Source: Eledone cirrhosa
Taxonomy: Eukaryota
Assembly: GCA_964016885.1 (NCBI GenBank)
Contig: OZ024741.1
Coordinates: forward strand, 400,396,001-400,460,000
Direction of reading: 5' to 3'
Length of the DNA stretch: 64,000 bases
Shown in pieces: positions 23,572-35,599 of the stretch (positions are counted from its first letter, which is position 1; every line of letters begins with the position of its first letter). A program made the translations under genes and the position numbers. Under the pieces are notes generated by a model. It had not been told where the DNA came from, made no database searches, and saw nothing but the letters and a program-made list of their open reading frames with translations.

Positions 23572-26448
23572 ACTTTAATACATGAATGCACTTACATCTA
23601 ACTATACACATCAAACATATATATATATTTACTTATTTATATACATTTTCACATCTATATACATACTTATGGTCGCTTTTAGACACATTCATTATAGCAT
23701 ATTTGCACCTATTCCCATCAGCATATATTTCCATTATTAGTGTGGTAATTTAAGGTTATTAATATACATATATATGTTGAGAAGAGATTGTTTCTATATT
23801 TTTCTAACTAGATTGAGGTTTATATAGTTGGGGGGTAGTCCCTCTTTTATGTAATATTCAGCTTGTAGTGGGGAAAAAGGGTTTTAGTTCGGTGACGGCA
23901 GAATAATGTTCGTTCAATTCTGTTATTCAGCAATTTCTTCTTGTGTGTGATTATGTAATAGATCTCAAGATTACACAATTTGCAGAAATTGTGGCTCCTG
24001 GAAAAGCTTTGGGTTTTAGCTAATTTCTCCCATTTTAGGGTAAACTTTTGATCGCTATCCCTGAGCGTCCAAGCTTTTTCTGCTAAAGTTGTTACATTTC
24101 TTTGGCTCTGGTGTTTTATTGAGTAAGAATGCCTATATAATCGAGATTTAAACGATGTTGCTGTTGATCCCACGTAATACCACTCGTTGCCTCCGGATTT
24201 AATGGTACACTTATAAATAATATTTTTTTCCAGGCAGTTATTGCCGAGGGGGCAGTTGTCAGGATAGGTGCAGTTACAGTTGTGTACGTTGGGTTTTCTC
24301 TGGAGTAGTATTGCGGACGAACTTAGGTGTGGTTTAGGATTTTGTGGTATTTGTGTGATGTAGGAAAATGTCTCTTAATTATTTTAAAGAAGAGTACTGG
24401 TACCGGCGGTACCCACCTTCAATCTTAAGGACCATAAGGTAAACTTTGATAATGACCCTGAAATTAGATTAATCTGCCCCTCTAAATCAGATATAGGTAA
24501 AATAAGCAAATATATCTTAGATAGAATCATCCCCCAAATTAAGGCTAAGGTTAACATTAAACTCTGGGGGAAGACCCAAGAAACAATAAGATGGTTTAAT
24601 AGCATTAGCAATAAGAAAAAATCTAAGTCTATCCAGTTTGATATCGACGAATATTACACATCGATATCACTTGAAACTTTGAATAGAGCCATTAAGTTTG
24701 CTAAGGATAACTCTGACCTTACAAACGATGAAATTAAGATTATATTAGAAGCTAGGAAAACTATAGTCAAATTTGAGAACAGTTATTGGGTACGTAAAGA
24801 TAGACCCTCTAACTTTGACATAACAATGGGCTCTAACGATTCGGCAGAAATAACTGATATTGTGGGGTTATTTATCGCCTTTAGACTCCAGGAAAAATTC
24901 AGCAATCTCCACGGCGGAATATACCGCGACGATGTTCTCCTCCTAGTTAAAAACCTAAATAACCAAAAACTAGAAAAACTACGCAAAGATATAAGAAAAC
25001 TACTACTCGAAATAGGACTAACTATAACATATGAATACAACCTTAAAGTGGTTAACTTCCTGGATGTCACACTCAATTTAAACTCTGGTCTCATTAAACC
25101 GTTTCATAAATTGAATGAAAATCTCAAGTACGTAAATGTTGGGTCTAACCACCCCATCTCTATAATTAAATCTATCCCTAAAAATATTTCCCTTAGAATC
25201 TCGGGTCTATCTTCTAACATACAAGTATTTAAGGAACACGCCGAGTACTACGATAACGCCCTCAACAAAATAGAATATATAGATGAGAACAATCAAAACA
25301 CCCAAAATAAATCCCACATAGGTAGATATAATAACACAACACCAAACCACACTTACTACCATAGTATACACACCAGTAAACCAACAAATAAATCTAATAG
25401 AAAGCGATGCAAAGAGTACTTATGGTATAACCCTGAATACAATAGTTCCATTAGTACAAATTTACCAGTACTCTTCTTTAAAATAATTAAGAGACATTTT
25501 CCTACATCACACAAATACCACAAAATCCTAAACCCTACCACTATAAGACTGTCATACTCTACAGCGTTAAACCTTGAACAACACATAAAAAAGATCAATA
25601 CTAGAAGGTTAAACGAAAACACTAAAAACTTAAGTACAAAGAAAACAAAAAGAAACAGTAGACAATACACTACAGAACATAAATAAACCACACCTAAGTT
25701 CGTCCGCAATACTACTCCAGAGAAAACCCAACGTACACAACTGTAACTGCACCTATCCTGACAACTGCCCCCTCGGCAATAACTGCCTGGAAAAAAATAT
25801 TATTTATAAGTGTACAATTAAATCCGGAGGCAACGAGTGGTATTACGTGGGATCAACGGCAACATCGTTTAAATCTCGATTATATAGGCATTCTTACTCA
25901 ATAAAACACCAGAGCCAAAGAAATGTAACAACTTTAGCAGAAAAAGCTTGGACGCTCAGGGATAGCGATCAAAAGTTTACCCTAAAATGGGAGAAATTAG
26001 CTAAAACCCAAAGCTTTTCCAGCAGCCACAATTTCTGCAAATTGTGTAATCTTGAGATCTATTACATAATCACACACAAGAAGAAATTGCTGAATAACAG
26101 AATTGAACGAACATTATTCTGCCGTCACCTAACTAAAACCCTTTTTTCCCACTACAAGCTGAATATTACATAAAAGAGGAACTACCCCCCAACTATATAA
26201 ACCTCAATCTAGTTAGAAAAATATAGAAACAATCTCTTCTCAACATATATATGTATATTAATAACCTTAAATTACCACACTAATAATGGAAATATATGCT
26301 GATGGGAATAGGTGCAAATATGCTATAATGAATGTGTCTAAAAGCGACCATAAGTATGTATATAGATGTGAAAATGTATATAAATAAGTAAATATATATA
26401 TATGTTTGATGTGTATAGTTAGATGTAAGTGCATTCATGTATTAAAGT

Positions 26449-26505
<57 letters not shown>

Positions 26506-27020
26506 GACTGGAGTATGTGTGTATATATGTGTGTGTCTATACGTGTGTATATAAAGATAAGTTGAGTATGAAAATGTATACACATGAACGCGTATGTATG
26601 TACATGTATATATGTGTATATATATATGTATGCATGTGTATATGTATGTAAGTATGAGCATGTAAGTATGTGTATGTGAGTATATGTATTTTATAGAGGT
26701 GTGCATATATGTTTGTGTGTGAATGCGTGGGCGAAAGGATACGTACACTTGAAAGAAAAATTTAAGCCTGAATGTTAATTAAGTGCAAACACAAAACCAA
26801 CCACGCATATCTATACTATCTCTAATCCTTCTATAGATTTAGAAAAATAACCAATAATATATTCTATAAAAATGTCAAAACAACAGATGGAAATCTAATT
26901 ACTCACTGCCACCAAAAATTCTCACTGCTATCAAAAAACCACTCCCTCAACTATTCTTCTAACAACTTCACCCCTCCCTCCTAATATTCTCTATAAAAAC
27001 CAAACAGGTCCTCAGTAAAA

Positions 27021-27141
27021 TTATTCCGATGAAATGACAGTCGATAATAACATTGAAATATTGAATGTCTACATAACTAATACTTTGTAGATAGCAGCTG
27101 TTTTCAGGTTATGTAACTGTTATAGAAACACGTGTCAATAA
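27021..27141 (+). ncRNA. Type I hammerhead motif with U4C core and ~90-nt stem II
   Basis: ttatt CCGATGA aatgacag...ctgttata GAAA cacgtg TC aataa. Confidence 0.65.
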
Positions 27142-27176
27142 ATTCCTTCTTAACTAAACTGTATCCATTAAAATCC

Positions 27177-27227
<51 letters not shown>

Positions 27228-27390
27228 AAGAAAGATGAGAAAGAGGGTAAACAAAACAGAGGTTATTGTTAAAAAGTATCAATGAAAAAGGACATAAGTA
27301 TATTTAAAGATTATTTTTAATCCAACAGAATGACTAATTTTAAAATTGTTGTATTAAATATAAAAATATAGAACATGTCACGAATTTGTG

Positions 27391-27438
27391 TGGCTCTTGT
27401 GCAAGGATGACACAAATTCGTGAAGTGTTCCATATTTT
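27391..27438 (+). pseudogene. U6 snRNA 3' fragment (pseudogene) within a fold-back inverted repeat
   Basis: tggctcttgtgcaaggatgacacaaattcgtgaagtgttccatatttt versus U6 TGGCCCCTGCGCAAGGATGACACGCAAATTCGTGAAGCGTTCCATATTTT. Confidence 0.88.
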
Positions 27439-27565
27439 ATGTTTAATGTAACAATTATAAAATTAGTAATTCTGTCGGATTAAAGAAAAAATAATCTTTA
27501 AATATACTTCTGTGCTTTTTCACCTTCACTTTTTAACTATATATATATATGTGTGTGTGTGTGTG

Positions 27566-27711
<146 letters not shown>

Positions 27712-27829
27712 GTGTCTATATATATATATATATACACACGGAATGCACCTTGAGCTGATTGATTATGAAACAGGCGTCACAAGTGAAAAAATATATTGAT
27801 GTTATATTGATACTTTGTTCTTATTATTA

Positions 27830-28240
27830 TTTACACCTACAGTCAGTAGGCACCTCTTAACCAAATATACACCCCTACTGACTACTCCTACTCCATCCTC
27901 CCACTCCCACCAACACCACCCTTTCTCTGTAAAGTTATGTTGGTACCACAACATCCAGTCCAAACTAATGAGGTAGTGTAGGTGTCACAACAAAAAACCA
28001 CACAGTCCACGCTGTAATGTGGCTGTGTAGGTAACACGGGAATAACCTCCCAGTCCACACTGTAAATGTGGTTGGTGTTAGGAAGGGCATCCAGCCATAG
28101 AAAACCTGCCAGATAGCCCTATATGAGCGAGACACGGTCACCCGACCAACCTTGCCTCAAGTGAGACAACTCTCGTCTAACCCATGCTAGCGTGGAAGAT
28201 AGATGTTTAAACGATGATGAGGATGATGAGGATGATGACT
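27830..28240 (+). mobile_element. RTE 3' UTR fragment
   Basis: Similar to 425-807. Confidence 0.85.
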
Positions 28241-28789
28241 CTGCTTCCAATAATGACTGGAACAGACTGACCTTGGATTAAATAACAACAACATCTGACC
28301 AACTAACCACTATATCCTTATAAGGTCAAAATATATTTAACTTATTTTATGTCTTTTTAATTAAATTCATGAATTATGTTGGCTACATGAAAAGAAATTC
28401 TTGATTTTGTTTCACTTAGAATTAGTTTTATCAAATGGTTTTATTGAGAAAAAGGTTTAAGTTTGAAGTTTATCTCAAGTCTGGAGGCTCACCAGGCCAG
28501 TTCTTATCCCAGTTTCCATGGTGTTAAGCAACTGAGAGTACAAGACTTCACCCTAGACAGGGCACTAGTCAATGCAAGGTTATCCCCTCCCCCCTTAGGT
28601 ACTGCTGGTACTCATATTCAGCTTATTATACTGGAGCAACATGAAAATGAAGTGTTTTGCTCAAGAACACAACACACAACCCAGTCCAGGGATCGAACCC
28701 AACACACTTACCACACGGCCATGTTCCTCCACATACTGAGAAAAATTGTTTGTATATAAATTTGTTAACTACAAATTATTATTTTACAG

Positions 28790-28860
28790 GCTATAACACT
28801 TTTCGTTACTCACTTTATGGAGTTGACTAACCTCGATGAAGTTTATCCTAATGTTGAGAA
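28790..28860 (+). CDS. MSH4: MSH4 exon, AITLFVTHFMELTNLDEVYPNVEN
   Basis: ttacag| acceptor and |gtaagt donor; TLFxTHF MutS motif. Confidence 0.95.
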
Positions 28861-29442
28861 GTAAGTAGTTTTATTTATAAATTTATTTATTTGTTTCGTT
28901 AGAGAGAGAAGGGCATTAGTCATGACCCATTTTGGGGCCTCTAAGACTGGTGTGAGGGAGGAAAAGGTATATTTAAACTGGACCTAGTTTGAAGGCTGGT
29001 AACAGAGTAAACACTGATAAAGACATCCAAGGACCTGGCAGTGTGTGTTAAACCTTGCAACAAATTAAGTCTATCACCCAAGTAGATGACAGTGAGATTT
29101 GAAGGACACAAAGAGTTAGGATATATAGCAAAATATCCTAGCTGATATTCTAACCCTTGCACCAAATTTTATTCATGTATTTATCCTTTTTATTAGGTTT
29201 AATTGATAAATATCACTTTTCAGTTTGGAGTAGACATGACTGCATCACATGAATTCTGAATATGCTGTGTACCATATAAAACCACATTAGCAAGACAGTT
29301 TTGAAAAGCACAAAACAACACTATAACTGCATCACAAAAAGTTATCATGCAAATTTCCACAACAATCTGTCCATCAGTAAAGATACTACAAATATTTGGA
29401 TTAACAAAAACCTGTTTTTAGCTATTTTCTTCTAATCGTTGT

Positions 29443-29780
29443 GAAGACACATGGCTTAGTGGTTAGAGCATTGGGCTTGCAATTGTGAGGTTGTGAGTTT
29501 GATTCCAAGACTGGGTGATGCATTGTGTCATTGAGCAAAACACTTTATTTTATGTTGCTCCAGTTTACTCAGCAGTAGAAATGAGTTGTGATGTCACTGG
29601 TGTCAAGCTGTATCAGCCATTGCCTTTCCCTTTGACAATATCAGTGGCATGGAAAGGGGAGGCTTGTATGTATGGGTCACTGCTGGTCTTCCACAAACAA
29701 ACTTGCCCAAGCATGTGCCTCAAAGGAGAACTTTCTAGGTACAAATCCCATGGTCATTCGTGACCAAAGGATATCTTTAC
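29443..29780 (+). mobile_element. SINE family B (long tail variant)
   Basis: catggcttagtggttagagc head, ttgagcaaaacacttt core. Confidence 0.8.
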
Positions 29781-30096
29781 ATGATATTAAGATTTAAAGA
29801 CAATATCTCCATTTTCCTTCCTATACACTTCACCCATACAAAAAATAAATTAGTCTTTACTCTAATACTACAAATTTTCACAATAATCTATCCACTAGTA
29901 AAGATACTATAAACAATTGAATTAACATACCTATTTTTAGATATTTTCTGCTAAATCATGACAGGATGTTAAGAGTTAATACTGAAATGTTTTACAAAGA
30001 TCTGTCGACAAATAAGGATATTAAAAACATTTGAATTAACAAACCCTTACAGGTTGTTACAACTTAATATAACATTTATTATATGTAATTTCTTAG

Positions 30097-30200
30097 CTAT
30101 TATTTTGAAGTCAAAAGAATATTCTGCCAAGAAGGAAACTGTGAAAAACTGACATACACACATATTCTCTCACAGGGGAAAACAAAAGAAAAACATTATG
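30097..30200 (+). CDS. MSH4: MSH4 exon, YYFEVKRIFCQEGNCEKLTYTHILSQGKTKEKHYG
   Basis: tcttag| acceptor and |gtatgt donor; phases 2/1 consistent; matches MSH4 HFEV...YTYKLSKG.TEEKNYG. Confidence 0.92.
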
Positions 30201-30402
30201 GTATGTTAAATGTTGATTTATTCAAATTTATTATTATTTTTTTCAATTTCTTATTTGATAAATGCACCCAGTACACTCTGTAAAGTGGTTGGTGATAGGA
30301 AGGGCATCCAGCTGTAGAAAGCATGCCAAACAAAGGACATGACAGCTCCACCACCACCACTCCTTTATGTAAACTTGGTCATCATTTTTTTCATATTTTA
30401 AG

Positions 30403-30491
30403 GAATTCAACTAGCAGAAGTATCTACAATGCCCAGAAAAGTGGTGGAAGATGCCAAACAACTCCTAGCAGTTGTGTCTATTAATAAAAAG
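30403..30491 (+). CDS. MSH4: MSH4 exon, IQLAEVSTMPRKVVEDAKQLLAVVSINKK
   Basis: ttaag| acceptor and |gtaagg donor; MutS helix-turn-helix region (YG..AE...P..V..A). Confidence 0.92.
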
Positions 30492-30520
30492 GTAAGGAAC
30501 AGTTTTTCTTTGGACAATTA

Positions 30521-30613
30521 TCTTCTTCTTCTTCTTCTTCTTCTTCTTCTTCTTCTTCTTCTTCTTCTTCTTCTTCTTCTTCTTCTTCTTCTTCTTCTTC
30601 TTCTTCTTCTTCT
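30521..30613. repeat. (CTT)n microsatellite
   Basis: Directly visible. Confidence 0.97.
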
Positions 30614-31196
30614 AACCATAATAATAATAGTCATTCACCATAAATAAGGTGGACTCTCAGTGGCACTCAGAGACTTGGTGGTTCCTGCACCAAGATGTTA
30701 CGTGGTGGTGTTCAACTTTTCCTGGCAAACAGCAAAGTTCTTTATGATGATCTGCCACGTGTTTCCTCGAAAGTTCGATTATGTCGCTTGACTATTGTTG
30801 GTCATGTTTTCCTGCCATGATGAACCTGCTAGGAAACTGTTTCTCTGGTCACTGAGTAGGATGTCCATAACCAACAAGCCCCTGTTGGTTAGGGGCAATG
30901 GTCTCCCTGGACAGGTTCTTGTTGCTGCAATGAGAAATGGGGAAATCTGGAACAAAAACTTCACCTTTGATGGAGGAATGGCTCAAGGAGGAGGAGGAGG
31001 AGGAGGAGGAGGAATAACTCAAGAAGGCAGAGAAGGAGAAGAAGAAGATTCCCCTACCTATGTCATAGCTCACATCTTGTTATTGAATCAATGGACTACA
31101 TATTAATGTGTACATATAAAATATTTATTTATTTCCCTAGTTATTTACTCGAATGTAGAAGAATATGTGAGATATGACAAATCCACATATATTTAA

Positions 31197-31486
31197 CCCT
31201 TTAGCATTTACATTACTTTATATATACTATTGTATTTTCAAGGTAAAGGCTTTACCTCACATAATATCTCACATAACAAATACATTACTTTATATATACT
31301 ATTGTATTTTCAAGGTAAAGGCTTTACCTCACATAATATCTCACATAATATCGAATCTGAGATTTTGATATTATTCATTTTGAGAACAATACCTTAAGAT
31401 AAATACAAGCAACCAGTTATGGCCTGTTTAAGCAGAAAGAGGTGAGAGAGTTCTGGCCGGATATGACCTGTTTAAATGCTAAAGGG
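31197..31486. mobile_element. piggyBac-type MITE
   Basis: TTAA TSD on both sides; 14-bp TIR ccctttagcattta / taaatgctaaaggg; internal duplication. Confidence 0.85.
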
Positions 31487-31649
31487 TTAAAGATGTAATT
31501 GTCAATATTTTACCTTTCTAACAAATCTAAATGTGTCACAATATTTCATTTCTACAAAGTTTCACCTGTTTGAAAGACTGAAAAACTTTGATCTATGTAA
31601 TTGTACCAATTTAAGCAGTTTCATAAACATTCATGTTACCTTACACTTG

Positions 31650-34600
31650 AGGGAGTAGCGTAAATGTTAGCAGCTTTCACTCGGTTGAGCACTCTATTGA
31701 CTTATATTCATCATGCAGAAACAACATCTGAATATTTCTACAAAGAACATACCCGTACCAAGCAGGAAAACATACCTAAAACTCATGATACAGAAAACAG
31801 ACGCGTTCATTAAAAGGTTGAGTTGGCGTGCCTTTTATTTCGATAATCCGCAAAAAGCAGACAACAAACAGGATAAATTTGGGTTTAAAAACCTATAATA
31901 ACCCCCGTGTAACCCAGCATTGCTACCCTTCGAAAATGATGTCTTGATACTAATACGGAGTATCACATTTCGGAATATGAGCAATTCCTTCCAGCAGGAC
32001 CTGAAGAATAGAATTCGTTCTATTAAGGATTCTAATGCCGTGCACGTCCATTCCGACAAAACTGGCAACCTATATCAAGTGGAGCGCAGTACTTACCATC
32101 AACTACTACATAATGCTGTAACTAAGGATTACGTAAAACTAATCGGTGCGTCATCAATGAAATCAACGATGCTGGGTTTAAAATCATATCTGATCTCAAC
32201 ATCCTGGACCGGATCGAACCTCTGGACCCTATTTCTCCCCACTTTACCCTGAAGGATCACAAATCCAATTTTCCGAACAACCCCTCTATTCGGCTTATTA
32301 ACCCTATTAAGTCCGATTTAGGTAGACTTAGTAAAACGATTCTTGATAGAATTATACCTGAAATTAGAAGTTTGGCCCCTCTTGCACTATGGAACAATTC
32401 TTTCGTGGTGATTGATTGGTTCAACGGCATATGTAACAAGGAACATTGCCGTTTTATCCAATTCGACATCAACAATTACTACTCCTCCATCACTTTACCA
32501 CTTCTCCTTAGAGCTATCAATTTCGCTAAAACACTCACAGTGGTTAAGGATTTCGAAGTTGATGTCATCCTCAATGCCCGTAAGTCGGTGAATAATTTCG
32601 ACGACTCTATTTGGATTAAAAAATCCAATAGTACCCCATTCGACGTGAGTATGGGCACCAGCGATTCTGCGGAGATTACTGATCTTATCGGCCTTTTCCT
32701 TCTTTTCTCTATCAAGGACGAATTCCCCAACGCGGGCGGTGGTTTGTACCGTGATGATGGTCTTTTGACCATGACTAAGTGCGAACCTCGTGCTTGCGAC
32801 AGGTTCAGAAAAGAACTCACAGCCTTCTTTAAAGGCTTCAACCTCTCTATACAGGTTGCGGCCAATCTCTCGTCCGTTAATTACCTCGACGTTACCCTCA
32901 ATTTATTGAATGGGTTGTATTACCTGTATAGAAAGCCGAATGATACGCTTAATTACATAAGTAAGCATTCCAACCATCCTGCCAGCATAACCAAGAACCT
33001 GGTAAGAAACGTTTCGTTGAGGCTTTCCCGTCGATCTACTTACGAGCATATTTTCAACGACCATTCCACTTATTACAATGAAGCTCTTGCTCGGAGTGGA
33101 TTTGTCGATAAGGTAGCATATAAAGTGTATGAAAATAGACCTAGAAGAAATAGATCCCGTCGCATTTGTTGGTATAACCCACCATATAATATGGAGGTGG
33201 CCACACCATTAGCTAAGATCTTTCTATCCCCTATTACGAAGCATTTTCCCCCTACACATAAATATAGTAACATTTTTAATAGAAATACTATTAAAATTTC
33301 TTACTCTACGACTCCTAACCTTGCACATAACATCACAGCTTCAAATTTAGCTAAACTACCTAGCCGTAGGAACACGTGCAACCCTGTAGTTAGTACTAAC
33401 TGTAATTGTAGGAATCGGGTTGATTTCCCCATTTCGGGAAATGCCTCTCTAGTAACATTGTCTACAAATGTAAGGTTGAAACACCCACGTCCCGTAGGGC
33501 CTACATAGGGTTAACCGCCAATAGATTCAAGCAGCGTCTTTACATGCATACCCATTCTTTTCGTTACCCTCTAAGAAGGAATATGACGTCACTTTCAGCT
33601 TATATCTGGCGTCTAAAAGACACCCACACCCTATATAAGTTACACTGGGAGATCCTAGCTAGGGCTAGATCGTATAACGGAAATAAAAGACCATGTGACC
33701 TCTGCGCCGCTGAGGCCTTGGAAATACTCTACGCCACAGACGACATCTTAAACAAAATATTTGAGGCAATTTCGGCTTGTAAACATAAATTGCACAAAAC
33801 TTTCCTGTATTACAGCCCCAGATTATACCCTAACGGATAGTACGATCTATACGCGGATATTTTACGTCATGACGTGGTAGCTAAATATATGTTATGTTTA
33901 TACCATTACTTATTTGCTTAGGTAAGTATATATTACCTGTATGTTTTGTGAAGGTACGTATACTTTCTCGTACGTATATTTGTTTGTATATGCTATGGCA
34001 TATATTTTATATATTCTGGTACATATGCTTTTGGTTGTGTATACGTGAGTTTTGCGTCTGTGTGAGTATGCGGGTTCGGACGTATGTAGGGTGTGTGTAT
34101 ATGTGTACTTCGTGTTTTGGTTGACGTACGTCTCCGAACATTTGTGTATTTACATGTAGGTATGTGTGTGCGCTTGTTATATACGTTTATTTATATACGT
34201 TTATTTAATTATTTGTATACACGCGCACACATATTTATATGTGCGTGTATTTGTATACCTATGGCGTGTGTTTTCGCGTACGCTTGTGTATGTACGTATT
34301 TCGATGCGTGTATGTATTTATTTATTTCAATTACCTCTGTATTTTATTTACTTTATTCTTAACTCTTAAGCGGAGAATCATTCGGTTTCCTAGTTACAAT
34401 TTTAGTCTACGACTTCAGTTATAACATTTATGTGGTTTTTTTCTTTGCGTGCAATTGTTCTCCACGCTCCACATATGACGTATTTTCTTCGTTTTTTCCG
34501 TTCATTGCCTGAGAACGTCTCTATGAACCACCTAAGAGAATATTAGTCTACGACTTCTTTTATACCATAAACGTGGTTCTGTCTTTGCGTGTAATTGTTT

Positions 34601-34911
34601 TTCACCGCTCCTATTAATGACGTATTATATTCGTTTTTTCCCGTTATTTGCCAGGGAACGTTTCCACGAACCAAAGTATCGTCTTCCTGTCTCCCTCCGG
34701 TTGCAACGTTTTTTTTAAAATATTCACTTCTGCGTTTACAGATTGACTTTGTTAGTTTCAGAAGATCGCGTTAAGGGTGGAAGCAGCGATTCTTTGCTTA
34801 AACTTTAATCTGTTATTTTAATAAATATTTGCCCTACGGTTCTTATATATTTGATATATATTTATCCTTATCGAGCCCTTTTTGGATTTTAGTCTTCAAA
34901 TTTATTATTAT

Positions 34912-34917
<6 letters not shown>
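31650..34917 (+). mobile_element. Near full-length Penelope-like element (Hydra-like clade), frameshifted ORF 31713-33840
   Basis: STKNIPVP..IKRLSWRA, DKTGNLY, KDHK, FDINNYYSSI, MGTSDSAE, LYRDDG, YLDV, WYNPPY, CNCx5 linker, YIG, CDLC, ILNK..ACKHK; AT-rich pLTR ending at (TA)n. Confidence 0.93.
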
Positions 34918-35005
<88 letters not shown>

Positions 35006-35093
35006 TCTTTTACCTGTTTCAGCCATCCGGCTGAGGCCATGCTGGGGCATATATATATATATATATATATGAATCCAACACCTTTCATAGAAT

Positions 35094-35130
<37 letters not shown>

Positions 35131-35134
<4 letters not shown>

Positions 35135-35306
35135 GTTATTCCGGGTTGAATCGGAGGTAACCAGAGTAAGTAAGGTACTCAATACATTGCAGAGTATAAA
35201 AGTTTTAATATAGATGAGATTCTACAGGACTAGAACTGTTTCATTCTTTAGAAATCATCATGATGATTTCTAAAGAATGAAACAGTTCTAGTCCTGTAGA
35301 ATCTCA

Positions 35307-35313
<7 letters not shown>
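35131..35313 (-). mobile_element. PLE-type terminal fragment with perfect 53-bp-arm palindrome centred on a hammerhead core
   Basis: Arms 35208-35260 and 35261-35313; TGATGA tttctaaagaat GAAA cag-ttctagtc-ctg TA; within (TA)n. Confidence 0.7.
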
Positions 35314-35341
<28 letters not shown>

Positions 35342-35599
35342 TCACTGTTTTACATCCGTTCTTCCTCGCTAGCATGGGTTAGATGGGTTGTCCTGTTGTG
35401 GGCAGTGTCCAGTTGGCTGACCTTGTCTTGCTCATACGGGAACTGATTCTGGCATTATTTCTACAGCTGGATGCCCTTCCTAACACCAACCTCATTTACA
35501 GTGAGTGCTGCGAGATTATTTTCCTTGGCGCCTACACGACCACTTTACAGTGTGGGCTGGGTGCTTTTTTGCCATGGCACCTCCACGACCATTTTGAAG

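Larger units (their letters stand above)
22718..27182 (+). mobile_element. Penelope-like element (Hydra-like clade) with ~1.5-kb inverted terminal duplication
   Basis: + RT from about 24412 (KDHK, FDIDEYYTSI, MGSNDSAE, YRDD, NFLDV), CNCx5Cx5C linker, IIYKC..YYVGST..CKLC..LLNNR..FCRH* to 26173. 22850-24336 is the reverse complement of 25684-27180. (TA)n on both sides. Confidence 0.93.
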
